From contig JAIYCU010000013.1 of the NCBI GenBank assembly GCA_027487835.1, positions 22,856 to 86,855 on the forward strand: 64,000 bases of DNA, written 5' to 3'. Both the position numbers and the translations under genes were made by a program. How positions within the stretch are numbered: the stretch's first letter is position 1; each line of letters begins with the position of its first letter. Below the pieces are notes generated by a model. That model saw nothing but the letters and a program-made list of their open reading frames with translations, had not been told where the DNA came from and did no database searches. Below, piece by piece: positions 50,942 to 60,808 of this stretch. The DNA comes from Bacteroidota bacterium. Lineage in GTDB: Bacteria > Bacteroidota > Bacteroidia > UKL13-3.

Positions 50942-53900
50942 ATGCTATCAAAAACTAATGAACAGGCTTTAGAGTCTACCGTAGAAAAACGCCTTACAGG
51001 TACATGCCTAGAAGAGTTGAAGGAGCAAAATATTGCTTTAAACACCGTAAACGAAAGATCAGAATTGTATCGTTCTGGTAATGGCTATTATATTGGCGTT
51101 CCCGAAGATTTTAATGCAAAGTATGCTATAGACGAACATCGCTTTTGGAGTTTTTTACAAATAACCCAAAAGGATCAACTAGCAAAGATTCAAAAACAAG
51201 GTGATTGGAAATTAAAGATTCTTGAACGTTTGGATCGGATGATTAAAAAATACGGCATCCTGCGTTTGTTCCGTAAAGGTTTAGATGTAGATGATGCCCA
51301 TTTCACTTTGTTGTATCCGTTGCCACTAGCAAGCAGTAGCGAAACGGTGAAGGAAAACTTTGAAAGCAATCAATTTAGCTCTACCCGCCAACTTCGATAT
51401 TCTTTAACCAATACTGGCGAAGAAATAGATATGGTACTTTTTGTGAATGGTTTGCCATATGCCACTATGGAATTAAAAAATCATTGGACAGGACAGAACG
51501 CAAAATTACATGGCCAAAATCAATACAAATTCAAAAGAGATATTACCCAGCCTTTATTAAACTTTGGAAGATGCATTGTGCACTTTGCCGTTGATACTGA
51601 TGAAGTGTATATGACAACCAAATTGGATGGAAAGGATACTTTCTTTTTACCTTTTAATTTAGGGCAGCGCGAACCCTTATTTGGCAAAGGAAATCCCCCT
51701 AACCCCTTTGGCCATAAAACAGCTTATTTATGGGAAGATATCTTTAAAAGAAAAAGCATTGCAAATATTATCCAACATTTTGTTCGATTTGATGGAAAAG
51801 ACACAGTCCCATTAAATAAAAAAGCATTGTATTTTCCGCGCTATCACCAACTAGATGTCGTAAGAAAAATCATTGCAGATGCGAGTAAAAAAGGTGTTGG
51901 TCAAACTTATTTAATTCAACATTCAGCGGGCTCAGGAAAATCAAATTCCATTACTTGGGCTGCCTATCAGCTAATAGAAACCTATCCAGAAAATGATACC
52001 ATTCCGGGCAGTAAGGGCATTTCTAATCCTTTATTTGATTCAGTGATTGTTGTAACTGATAGAAGATTGTTAGACAAACAACTTCGTGAAAATATAAAAG
52101 AATTTTCGGAAGTAAAAAATATCGTTGCCCCTGCCCTTTCATCTTCTGACTTAAAGCTAGCTTTGGAAACTGGTAAAAAAATCATCATTACCACCATCCA
52201 AAAATTTCCATTTATTGTGGATGGCATTGCAGATTTAAGCGATAAAAGATTCGCTGTAATTATTGACGAAGCACACAGTAGTCAAAGTGGAACTGCCGCT
52301 GGTAAAATGAATCAGGCCATGGGAAATTCTTTTGAGGAATCAGAAGAAGAGGAAGACCCACAAGACAAAATATTGGAAGCCATGCGCACTCGCAAAATGC
52401 GGGGTAACGCATCCTATTTGGCATTTACGGCTACACCGAAGAACAATACACTGGAACGTTTTGGCGTACAACAAGCCGATGGAAAGTTCAAGCCATTTCA
52501 TTTGTATTCCATGAAACAAGCCATTGAGGAAGGTTTCATATTAGATGTACTTGCGAATTACACAACTTATAAAAGTTATTACGAAATTGAAAAGTCAATT
52601 CAAGAAAACCCATTGTTTGATACAGTAAAAGCACAGAAGAAATTAAGGACCTACGTTGAACAGAACAAACAAACCATTGCCACCAAGGCTGACATCATGC
52701 TTGAACACTTTGTAACAAAATTGGTAAATACTAAAAAGTTAAAAGGAAAAGCAAAAGCAATAGTGGCATCACAAAGCATTGAATCTGCCATCAATTACTA
52801 TTTCGCATTAAAAACATTATTACAAGAAAGAGGCAATCCATTTAGAATAGCAATTGCTTTTTCGGGTTCAAAAAAAATAAAAGGTATTGAATATACAGAA
52901 GACAGCCTTAATGATTTTCCTTCAAATTTAGATACAGCAAAACCATCAGACCCAGGCTATATCAGCGACAAAATTGCCCGTTATTTTGATATGGACGAAT
53001 ACCGTATTTTAGTAGTGGCAAATAAATATCTGACAGGTTATGACCAACCTAAATTAACCGCTATGTATGTTGATAAAAAACTACAAGGTGTAATTGCGGT
53101 TCAGGCCCTATCAAGGTTAAATCGTTCATCCGATAAACTCGGGAAGAAAACCGAAGATTTATTCATTCTTGATTTTTACAACACTACTGAAGACATTAAA
53201 AAATCATTCGACCCATTTTATACTGCAACCTCATTAAGCAAAGCTACCGACATCAATGTGCTTCATGACTTAAAATCCAATTTGGATGATGCTGGTGTTT
53301 ATGAATGGAGCGAAGTGGAAGATTTCGTAGAGAAATATTTCAAAGGTGTAAATGCCCAAGAATTAAGTCCAATTATTGATATTGCTGCTGAACGATTTAA
53401 TTTGACTTTAGCCTTAGAAGACAAGGCAAAGGCAGACTATAAAATTAAAGCAAAGCACTTTGTAAAAATTTACGGTCAGATGGCTTCAATCATGCCTTAT
53501 GAAGTGGCTGCTTGGGAGAAGTTATTTTGGTTTTTGAAATTCTTAATTCCAAAATTAATCATCATAGATAATGAAAAAGATGCTTTAGATGGCTTATTAA
53601 ATTCCGTTGACCTTTCGACCTATGGTTTAGAAAGAGTTAAACTAAATACAAGTATTGCCCTCGATGCCAACGAAACAGAAGTTGATCCTCAGAATCCAAA
53701 TCCAAGAGGCGCACATGGGGGAGAATCCGAAAAAGACGAGTTAGATTTAATTATTAAGAGCTTTAACGAACGCTGGTTTCAAGGATGGGAAGCCACACCT
53801 GATGAACAACGAGCAAAATTTGTGAATCTAGCTCAGAAAATGAAAGAGCACAGCGACTTTAAAGAAAAGTATGCAGACAATTCCGATATACAAAATAGAG

Positions 53901-54040
53901 AAATTGCTTTCAGTAAAATATTTGATGAGGTAATGGGAAAACAACGTAAGATTGAACTTGACCTTTATAGATTAGTTTCCCAAGATGAAGGATTTAAAAT
54001 AGCAATGCAGGATACTATTAAAAGAATGTTGAGACCTTAA
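50942..54040 (+). CDS. hsdR: type I RM restriction subunit
   Basis: DMVLFVNGLP..TMELKN, QHSAGSGKS, DEAH, FTATP, TGYDQP, QALSRLNR. Confidence 0.95.
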   Translation: MLSKTNEQALESTVEKRLTGTCLEELKEQNIALNTVNERSELYRSGNGYYIGVPEDFNAKYAIDEHRFWSFLQITQKDQLAKIQKQGDWKLKILERLDRMIKKYGILRLFRKGLDVDDAHFTLLYPLPLASSSETVKENFESNQFSSTRQLRYSLTNTGEEIDMVLFVNGLPYATMELKNHWTGQNAKLHGQNQYKFKRDITQPLLNFGRCIVHFAVDTDEVYMTTKLDGKDTFFLPFNLGQREPLFGKGNPPNPFGHKTAYLWEDIFKRKSIANIIQHFVRFDGKDTVPLNKKALYFPRYHQLDVVRKIIADASKKGVGQTYLIQHSAGSGKSNSITWAAYQLIETYPENDTIPGSKGISNPLFDSVIVVTDRRLLDKQLRENIKEFSEVKNIVAPALSSSDLKLALETGKKIIITTIQKFPFIVDGIADLSDKRFAVIIDEAHSSQSGTAAGKMNQAMGNSFEESEEEEDPQDKILEAMRTRKMRGNASYLAFTATPKNNTLERFGVQQADGKFKPFHLYSMKQAIEEGFILDVLANYTTYKSYYEIEKSIQENPLFDTVKAQKKLRTYVEQNKQTIATKADIMLEHFVTKLVNTKKLKGKAKAIVASQSIESAINYYFALKTLLQERGNPFRIAIAFSGSKKIKGIEYTEDSLNDFPSNLDTAKPSDPGYISDKIARYFDMDEYRILVVANKYLTGYDQPKLTAMYVDKKLQGVIAVQALSRLNRSSDKLGKKTEDLFILDFYNTTEDIKKSFDPFYTATSLSKATDINVLHDLKSNLDDAGVYEWSEVEDFVEKYFKGVNAQELSPIIDIAAERFNLTLALEDKAKADYKIKAKHFVKIYGQMASIMPYEVAAWEKLFWFLKFLIPKLIIIDNEKDALDGLLNSVDLSTYGLERVKLNTSIALDANETEVDPQNPNPRGAHGGESEKDELDLIIKSFNERWFQGWEATPDEQRAKFVNLAQKMKEHSDFKEKYADNSDIQNREIAFSKIFDEVMGKQRKIELDLYRLVSQDEGFKIAMQDTIKRMLRP

Positions 54041-54215
54041 ATCCCAAACTATTCAAACCCAATAGCGAAAATTTCACAACAACTTTTATGAAGCCTTCCG
54101 TCAAACGCAGACTATGTATTAAAACCAATTTTAAATCTATGCAGATGTTTTGTGAGAGGCTTACATTCTAGTAGCTACCTTACTTTCTCTATTTTAATTT
54201 CTTTTTTTATTGATT

Positions 54216-55112
54216 TCAAGTTAGGTTTTTCTGAGAAACAAAAGAAACAAACCAATCCTTAAAATTCTCGAATTTTCGATTATCACCCAACTCAGAAATA
54301 GGAATAGTCCATAATACTCCGTGTCTGGCGAAGTATAACCCTAAATTTTCAATTGGCTTGTTTAGTTTATCATTATTAACACCTCCAATTAGTGATAAAA
54401 TGTAATAGCCTAAAACTTGGTTAAAATACACTCTTTCAAGTTTTAAATGCTTGGTAGCTTTAATATCAATAAGAGTGTTATCAATAATTAGATCGGCATC
54501 TGCACCACCAACTAAAATTGACCCTTTACCAAAAGTTGGATTAAGGTAACATTTCTCTTTTGCTGTAAATTTTTTACGCTCTACTAAGGATATTAATGAA
54601 GTAATATCCTTAACGTCGTTAGGATCATTGTAATCAAATGAGTTATCAATAATTCCTTTTCTAAAATATAAATCCAATTTAGCAAGAAATAATGTACTAG
54701 AAACTAATTCTTCAGTTATCCTTCCATTTAAAATGTAATTATCGTAATTGATTTTCGCTTGACTGTATTGTTCAATTAAAAGATAAAGAAGGTTTTTTGT
54801 ATTAAATATCTTGTCCTTTCGGAATCCTGTTTTTATTTCCTTTTTTGACGACTGTCCAAGTATCTTAATTAAGGAATCATAAGCAGAATCAGCAATCCAG
54901 TCAGATTTTTGATTAATAATAATATTATTATGATACTGCAAATAAAATCGCATTAAATAGTCAAATGCAGTCCCAACAATTCCAGAATTATTGGTAAGAG
55001 GAGGTGCTTGTAAGTCAGAATTCAAATTGAGTTTAGGTATTGGAAAATCAGTTTTGAACTTATCCCTTAGCTCTTGATTATTTATGTCTGTAATTATTGA
55101 TGTTAAGCTCAT
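54216..55112 (-). CDS. PD-(D/E)XK nuclease-like protein
   Basis: GTAFDY, PTFG...GADADLIIDNTLIDIK...NQVLGY. Confidence 0.65.
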   Translation of the reverse strand: MSLTSIITDINNQELRDKFKTDFPIPKLNLNSDLQAPPLTNNSGIVGTAFDYLMRFYLQYHNNIIINQKSDWIADSAYDSLIKILGQSSKKEIKTGFRKDKIFNTKNLLYLLIEQYSQAKINYDNYILNGRITEELVSSTLFLAKLDLYFRKGIIDNSFDYNDPNDVKDITSLISLVERKKFTAKEKCYLNPTFGKGSILVGGADADLIIDNTLIDIKATKHLKLERVYFNQVLGYYILSLIGGVNNDKLNKPIENLGLYFARHGVLWTIPISELGDNRKFENFKDWFVSFVSQKNLT

Positions 55113-55199
55113 GATTTATCGGGGTTTCTTGAAACTAATTTGTTTGAGAGGCATTTATTCTTCTACTCCCCCCCACAAACCTCCCACATTCCCACCAAT

Positions 55200-55235
55200 A
55201 AAAAAATACCCATAAATAGGTATATTTTGAAATGG
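55200..55235 (-). repeat. inverted partial copy of the palindrome module
   Basis: Minus strand reads TTTCAAAATATACCTATTTATGGGTATTTTTT, compared with TTTTAAAATATACCCACTTATGGGTATTTT in copy 6; it lies upstream of the minus-strand nuclease gene. Confidence 0.65.
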
Positions 55236-55240
55236 TTGAA

Positions 55241-55324
55241 GGTCGATAGTCCATAGTCGATGGACGATAGTGTTCGAGGTAAGGCAAAATTCAACTATGG
55301 TCGATGGTCCATCGACTATGGTCT
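55241..55324. repeat. heptamer repeats arranged as inverted arms
   Basis: GGTCGATAGTCCATAGTCGATGGACGATAGT ... ACTATGGTCGATGGTCCATCGACTATGG. Confidence 0.8.
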
Positions 55325-55333
55325 AAAAAGAAA

Positions 55334-55685
55334 CGCTCCATGTTGAATCATGCAGCATTCCATGTTGAAGCATGCATCACTCCATGTTCGAGCATGCAGC
55401 TCCCCAATATTGAGCATGCAACGTTCCATGTTGAAGCATGCAACGCTCCATGTTGAAGCATGCAACGCTCCAATGCTGAGGATGCAGCGCCCCAATGTTG
55501 AGCATTCAGCGTTCCATGTTGAAGCATGCAGCGCCCCAATGTTGAGGATGCAGCGCTCAATGTTGGAGGATGCAGCGCCCCAATGTTGAGGATGCAACGT
55601 TCCATATTGGAGCATGCAGCGCTGCAATGTTGAGGATGCAACGCTCCATGTTGGAGGATGGAATGCTCCATGGTTGGGATAGGAA
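55334..55685. repeat. 22-bp tandem repeat array, 16 units plus a degenerate 17th to ~55707
   Basis: Consensus CGCTCCATGTTGAAGCATGCA(A/G) with variant CGCCCCAATGTTGAGGATGCAG; every unit is exactly 22 bp. Confidence 0.92.
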
Positions 55686-55744
55686 CGCTTCTAGGGAACG
55701 ATAGGAAGCTTTGCGTGTAAGTATACTGTTAATCAGTTTTTTAC

Positions 55745-55779
55745 AAAAAAAAATGGGCGTGCAATTGCACACCCATTTT
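55745..55779 (-). terminator. intrinsic terminator of the 159-aa gene
   Basis: Minus strand AAAATGGGTGTGCA-at-TGCACGCCCATTTTTTTTT. Confidence 0.8.
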
Positions 55780-55821
55780 GAACCTTGCTTACAGTGCTAT
55801 GTAATCAACATAGCAATACTT

Positions 55822-56301
55822 TTAGGCTTTTGGCGCTTCGTTAGCCTTTGGCGCTATGACTTTTCTTTCGAACATGTCCTTTAGCTCGTCATAGGCCGTT
55901 TTGGCACCATCAACGCCTTTTTTAGTGCCCCTTTTGGTGCCGCTGTAAACTTCCAATGCAGCCATGTACGCTTCACTGCCTGCCTGGTCGCGGGTGTCGT
56001 GCAGGCGCTTTAAAAGCCTTTCTACTTGGCCAATGATTACATCTAGGCTTTGGGTAAGACTGATGTCGTTCTCATAATTGACCATCTCAAAAAACATGGG
56101 CTGAATTTTGGGATTGCTTTGTGCCAAAAATAAGGCCCTTCGCACAAAATCAACCCTTCCGGCATCCATGTTCATGAGGCGCCTCGACTCGGCTGCACTC
56201 AATTCAATTAAAAAGGGTAAGTCGGTAAAAATGCTCTGAATGGCAGCTTCTACCTTGGTTTGCGTGGCAGCATCTATGGCTGCGTTTACTTTATTATCCA
56301 T
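55822..56301 (-). CDS. conserved-type alpha-helical hypothetical protein
   Basis: LPFLIELS..E.R.L..M.....FV..AL..A..NP...DT...AGSEAY.AAL.VY resembles a widespread uncharacterised family (recalled, not searched); has its own terminator. Confidence 0.75.
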   Translation of the reverse strand: MDNKVNAAIDAATQTKVEAAIQSIFTDLPFLIELSAAESRRLMNMDAGRVDFVRRALFLAQSNPKIQPMFFEMVNYENDISLTQSLDVIIGQVERLLKRLHDTRDQAGSEAYMAALEVYSGTKRGTKKGVDGAKTAYDELKDMFERKVIAPKANEAPKA

Positions 56302-56373
56302 AATGAACGCAAACCTATCTATCCGGAAAAAGAAGATTCATAGAATTAGTTCGAAAAAATTGAGAATTAGTTG

Positions 56374-56620
56374 GAAGTCCATGGTAAGAAGTCCATGGTC
56401 GATAGTCGATGGTCCATGGTAAGAAGTCCATGGTCGATAGTCGATGGTCCATAGTAAGAAGTCCATGGTCGATAGACGATGGTCCATGGTAAGAAGTCCA
56501 TGGTCGATAGTCGATGGTCCATGGTAAGAGGTCCATGGTCGATGGTCGATGGTCCGTGGTAGCAGTAGTTCAACTATGGTCTATGGACTATCGTCTATGG
56601 ACTATGGTCTATGGACTATG
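56374..56620. repeat. heptamer-based 35-bp higher-order array (~5 units) with an inverted heptamer arm
   Basis: (ATGGTAAGAAGTCC ATGGTCG ATAGTCG ATGGTCC)n, a short spacer, then ACTATGGTCTATGGACTATCG... in opposite orientation. Confidence 0.9.
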
Positions 56621-56712
56621 GAACTTCTAAAGAAATGGAAATAAAATTAAAAATAACTAATTTAAAAACACCTTTCCCAAAATTCCTCCAAATTTCTTAA
56701 CTTGCCAATACC

Positions 56713-58317
56713 ATGAAATTGCAAAGAATCATCCCCCTCCTATTGTTGTTTTTTATTAGCCTTGGTGCCGCGGCACAAAAAAACACCTTGCAACGCAGCC
56801 TCTATTTTGAATCTGGTAGTTATACTTTGCAATCTCAAAACCTTGCAGTTTTGCAAGGCTTATTAGACAGTCTAAAAAACTATCAAGCTTTTAGCATTCA
56901 ACTTAAAGGCTATACAGATGATGTTGGGGATAGCGCTTACAACATGAGCCTGTCTCAAAAAAGAGTGGAAATTAGCAGGGCATTTTTTATTTCCAATGGC
57001 ATTGATACTAGCAAAATAATTACTGCCGCTTATGGCAAAAACAAGCCCCTTGCAGACAACCTTAGCGAGGAAGGAAAACAAAAAAACAGAAGGGTAGATA
57101 TTCTAATTAAATACAAAAGAAAACCCATCATAGACAGCAGCCTCCTCTTGCCTTCTATCAAAGAACTCTACAAAAAAATAGAAAGAAAACCACAGGAATT
57201 TCTAATTCAATCCGACCGTGATACGGTCATTCGCGGACAAATGGGAACCGTATTGTACATCAAAGCCAACTCCTTTAAGGGCATCCCTGCCACTGCGAGT
57301 GAAATGGTTACCATAAAGTTGAAAGAGGCCTATTTGCTTTCTGAAATGATACAGGATAACCTCATTACCACCTCCAACAACCGAATGATTGAAACCCAAG
57401 GGATGATTTCCATTGAAGCCTTTACGGCCAAGGGCAAACAAACCGACCTACAAGCGGGTAAAAACATAACGGTATTTATGCCAACGGATACGGTGAGAGC
57501 AGATGTCCAAGTTTTTAATAGCAGGTCGCCACAACATGATGGGGGAATGAACTGGATCATCAATAATAACACGGCCTTGTCTGGTTTTAGTTTGGCCGAC
57601 CTTAATACCTGCGCGTCGCACCTAAGTGGGGGTTCTGGCAATGATTGTAAATTGTTTTTTTGCAAGATTAGAAAGGCAGTTAGAAGCGTGTTTAAAAGGA
57701 AGTCGAACAATGCCCCAAACAACTTACCCATGCTAAGCAAAAGTCTGATTCCTACCTGCAAACAACTTCAAGAACTATATGAAAAGTATGGGGTAAAAAA
57801 CTTAAACGACCTTGCCCTGGCCATCAACAAACCCCTGCTGGATAGTTTTGGGGTAAAAACCATTGAAGCACTAAGAGATACCCTCGCTAAAGTTAACCTT
57901 CAAAGGATAGAGCTGGCGTATCAAAATGGTTCAATATCTTATAACGACTTAAAGTACTATGTATTCAATACCACAAAACTTGGGTTTATTAATATTGATG
58001 CCTTCGCCAAATTAAAACCTGGTAGTTTGGTAGACCTCACCATTAAATTTACCCCAGAAAGGAATACTGAATGTAAACTGGTCTTCAAAGAACGACGCGC
58101 AGTTTTGCCTGGCGCTAACCTTGGGAAAAACTATGAATTTAATAAAATCCCCAAGAACGAAACAGTATATATTGTAGCCATAAAATACCTCAATGGGCAA
58201 GCCCTATTGGCCATAGAGGAAATTAAAACCGCACAAAAAACCATTGAACCCAATTTCCAAACCTATACCTTAGAAGAACTAAAGGAGCAATTAAAGAAAC
58301 TAGACGATAGGGAGTAG
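56713..58317 (+). CDS. OmpA-family peptidoglycan-binding domain protein
   Basis: GYTDDVG...YNMSLSQKR, YG...P...N....G.QKNRRVDI at the N-terminus; signal peptide. Confidence 0.85.
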   Translation: MKLQRIIPLLLLFFISLGAAAQKNTLQRSLYFESGSYTLQSQNLAVLQGLLDSLKNYQAFSIQLKGYTDDVGDSAYNMSLSQKRVEISRAFFISNGIDTSKIITAAYGKNKPLADNLSEEGKQKNRRVDILIKYKRKPIIDSSLLLPSIKELYKKIERKPQEFLIQSDRDTVIRGQMGTVLYIKANSFKGIPATASEMVTIKLKEAYLLSEMIQDNLITTSNNRMIETQGMISIEAFTAKGKQTDLQAGKNITVFMPTDTVRADVQVFNSRSPQHDGGMNWIINNNTALSGFSLADLNTCASHLSGGSGNDCKLFFCKIRKAVRSVFKRKSNNAPNNLPMLSKSLIPTCKQLQELYEKYGVKNLNDLALAINKPLLDSFGVKTIEALRDTLAKVNLQRIELAYQNGSISYNDLKYYVFNTTKLGFINIDAFAKLKPGSLVDLTIKFTPERNTECKLVFKERRAVLPGANLGKNYEFNKIPKNETVYIVAIKYLNGQALLAIEEIKTAQKTIEPNFQTYTLEELKEQLKKLDDRE

Positions 58318-58370
58318 AAACAATTGCATCTAAATTAATTTATTATATATTCCATGTAAATTTAAACTAC

Positions 58371-60119
58371 ATGGAAAAAGTAATTATTCTAGGTGGCGGC
58401 ATTGCGGGCATGAGTGCTGCACATGAACTTATTGAAAGAGGCTTTGCAGTTGAAATATTTGAAAGAAACCCAATTTACATGGGTGGAAAAGCCAGAAGCA
58501 TAGATTATAACCACGACCATGAATACCAAAACCCATTGCCTGGCGAGCATGGATTTAGGTTCTTCCCCGGGTTTTATAAGCACATTATTGATACCATGAA
58601 ACGGATTCCGTTTGAGGTGAATGGTAAGAAACAAACGGTTTTTAATAACCTTACCGCTACTTCCAGAATCATGTTGGCAAGGCAAGGAAAAGCCCCTATT
58701 GTAACGCCGGCTTCCTTTCCAAAAAGTTTATCAGACATTAAACTTATCATAAAAGATTTACATGGCATTGATAGTGGCCTAACAAGCGAAGAGGTGCACT
58801 TTTTTGCCGAAAGAGTTTGGCAACTGATGACAAGCTCCAAAACCAGAAGAGAAAATGACTATGAAAGACTGGGTTGGTGGGAATATTTGCAAGCTGATAG
58901 GTTTTCTGTTAACTACCAGCATTTGTTGGTGGAAGGCCTCACAAGAACATTGGTGGCTGCCAAGGCCGAATTAGCCAGCACAAAAACGGGTGGAGATATC
59001 TTTTTACAACTCTTTTATTGCTCAACCGACCCAAGCGTAAATACCGACCGCGTATTAAATGGACCCACGAATGATAAATTCTTAACCGCTTGGAAAGACT
59101 ATTTAATTTCAAAAAATGTAGTCATCCATCAAGGCACTTCTGCCACCCATGTTAACCTAAACAAAGACAATACGGTTAAATCTATCAGCATTTCCCACCA
59201 CCATGGCGAAACAAAAGAAGTTTCGGGGGATTATTATATCATGGCCATGCCGGTGGAAAGGGCTGCAAAATTGATCTCTAAGGAATTGATTAATGCCGAC
59301 TCCACCTTACAATATATTCAACAACTTTCCACCAGTGTTAGTTGGATGAATGGGTTGCAATATTACCTTTCGGAAGATGTTATCATCAATAAGGGCCATG
59401 TGATTTGCAGTGATTCTGAATGGGCATTAACTTGTATTAGTCAGGTGCAGTTTTGGGAAGGCTACGACATCACCACCAAAGGCAACCAAAAGGTAAAAGG
59501 GGTATTGAGTGTAGATATCAGTGATTGGTTTACCCCTGGCACATATACCACAAAAAAACCAGCCAATGAATGTACCCGAGAGGAAGTAGAAAAAGAAGTA
59601 AGGGCTCAGCTTAAGGCGAGCTTAAATTTTGAAAAAGAAATCCTTAGGGATGACATGATTATTGACTTTTACCTAGACCGAGATATAAGGGAAAAGCCCA
59701 CTTCTGAGTTTAGCAAAAAAGAGTTAGATGACATTGAACCTTTATTGGTAAATTCAATTAATACCTGGGGACTAAGGCCAACGGCAGATTGCTATATTCC
59801 TAACTTATTTTTTGCAAGTGATTATGTTCGAACCAATACTGACTTAGCCACCATGGAGGGCGCAAACGAAGCGGCAAGGCGTGCGGTTAATTGTATTTTA
59901 CAAAAATCTGGAAGCACAGCTGAATCTTGTGAAATCTGGCAACTTGAAGAGCCTTTTTGCTTTGATTTAATGAAATGGCATGATAAACAAAGGTATAAAA
60001 AAGGACTTCCTTGGAGTGCGGATTTTCCCTTTTGGATAAAAGGACTTACCGTAATAATGGCCATTGTTTATTTTTTGGGTGCCATGCTTAAAGCCCTCCT
60101 ATTTGGTAGAAGTAAATAA
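58371..60119 (+). CDS. FAD-dependent oxidoreductase (amine oxidase / carotenoid-squalene desaturase-like)
   Basis: GGGIAGMSAA, GGKARS, GEHGFRFFPGFY, DYVRT..DLATMEGANE; C-terminal TM helix. Confidence 0.85.
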   Translation: MEKVIILGGGIAGMSAAHELIERGFAVEIFERNPIYMGGKARSIDYNHDHEYQNPLPGEHGFRFFPGFYKHIIDTMKRIPFEVNGKKQTVFNNLTATSRIMLARQGKAPIVTPASFPKSLSDIKLIIKDLHGIDSGLTSEEVHFFAERVWQLMTSSKTRRENDYERLGWWEYLQADRFSVNYQHLLVEGLTRTLVAAKAELASTKTGGDIFLQLFYCSTDPSVNTDRVLNGPTNDKFLTAWKDYLISKNVVIHQGTSATHVNLNKDNTVKSISISHHHGETKEVSGDYYIMAMPVERAAKLISKELINADSTLQYIQQLSTSVSWMNGLQYYLSEDVIINKGHVICSDSEWALTCISQVQFWEGYDITTKGNQKVKGVLSVDISDWFTPGTYTTKKPANECTREEVEKEVRAQLKASLNFEKEILRDDMIIDFYLDRDIREKPTSEFSKKELDDIEPLLVNSINTWGLRPTADCYIPNLFFASDYVRTNTDLATMEGANEAARRAVNCILQKSGSTAESCEIWQLEEPFCFDLMKWHDKQRYKKGLPWSADFPFWIKGLTVIMAIVYFLGAMLKALLFGRSK

Positions 60120-60127
60120 GTTATACT

Positions 60128-60808
60128 ATGACAATCTGGGAATACATACAAGAACCGCATCCGTGGTTTGATACCACCAATTATACGCCTTTGCAAATTG
60201 GCCTCTTTACCACCGGCGCCTTGCTTTGGATTTTGGCCTATGTGGTGGTTATCCGCTATGCGATTAAGTACAAAACAGTCCTTATACCCGCAGTAGCAGT
60301 GGTGTGCAATTATGGGAACGAGGTTGGCGGTGCCATTTTTTGGGTACCCGATATGGGTAAAGCGCTGGTGCTTGCCTATTGGGGATGGTTTGTGCTCGAT
60401 ACGTTTATCGTTTACAAACTCTTAAAATATGGATACAAACAATATACAACGCCCTTTTTTAAAGACAACCTAAAATGGCTGGTATTGGCGGGCCTTTGCG
60501 GCAGCATACCCCTCTCCTGTTTATTTATGGTGCAATATGATTTACCCATGGGTGTGATTGATGCCTATATTGTCAATATTGTAATGAGTGTGGCGTTTTT
60601 AAGCCTGCTATTTGTTCCAAACTTTCCAGAGCACAGCACACTTTTGGCTTGGAGTAAATTTTTGGGCACAGGCATTATTAGCGTAATGTTTAGCACCAAA
60701 TACCCAGAAAATAATTTTCTATGGTTCATTTACTTTGTAGTAGCCGCTATTGATATTGCCTTTATAATTTTAATGTACCGTAAACGCAAGCAACTACAAA
60801 CAGCATGA
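60128..60808 (+). CDS. PaxB/Pyr4-like transmembrane terpene-cyclase family protein
   Basis: About 7 TM helices; W..AY...I.....K....P..A...N..nE and W..LD..I....LKYG patterns. Confidence 0.6.
   Translation: MTIWEYIQEPHPWFDTTNYTPLQIGLFTTGALLWILAYVVVIRYAIKYKTVLIPAVAVVCNYGNEVGGAIFWVPDMGKALVLAYWGWFVLDTFIVYKLLKYGYKQYTTPFFKDNLKWLVLAGLCGSIPLSCLFMVQYDLPMGVIDAYIVNIVMSVAFLSLLFVPNFPEHSTLLAWSKFLGTGIISVMFSTKYPENNFLWFIYFVVAAIDIAFIILMYRKRKQLQTA

Noticed and set aside
55334-55685. Possible CRISPR array
   Set aside because: Units are contiguous with no unique spacers, and there are no cas genes in the window.
55316-55772. Overlapping ORFs of 71-107 aa across the 22-bp array
   Set aside because: The period is not a multiple of 3, and the same peptide words appear in several frames and on both strands; these are translation artefacts of the repeat.
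56240-56573. Short ORFs with MDHRLST/WTIDYRP repeats (also 26291-26476)
   Set aside because: Translations of heptamer repeats.
55822-56620. Type III toxin-antitoxin reading (repeat RNA upstream of a toxin gene)
   Set aside because: The upstream repeats belong to the heptamer family found elsewhere in the window, no terminator separates them from the gene, and the protein does not resemble ToxN, CptN or TenpN.
26302-56620. Prophage, ICE or transposon as the island vehicle
   Set aside because: No integrase, transposase, relaxase or phage structural gene, and no att direct repeat of the mnmE end was found.
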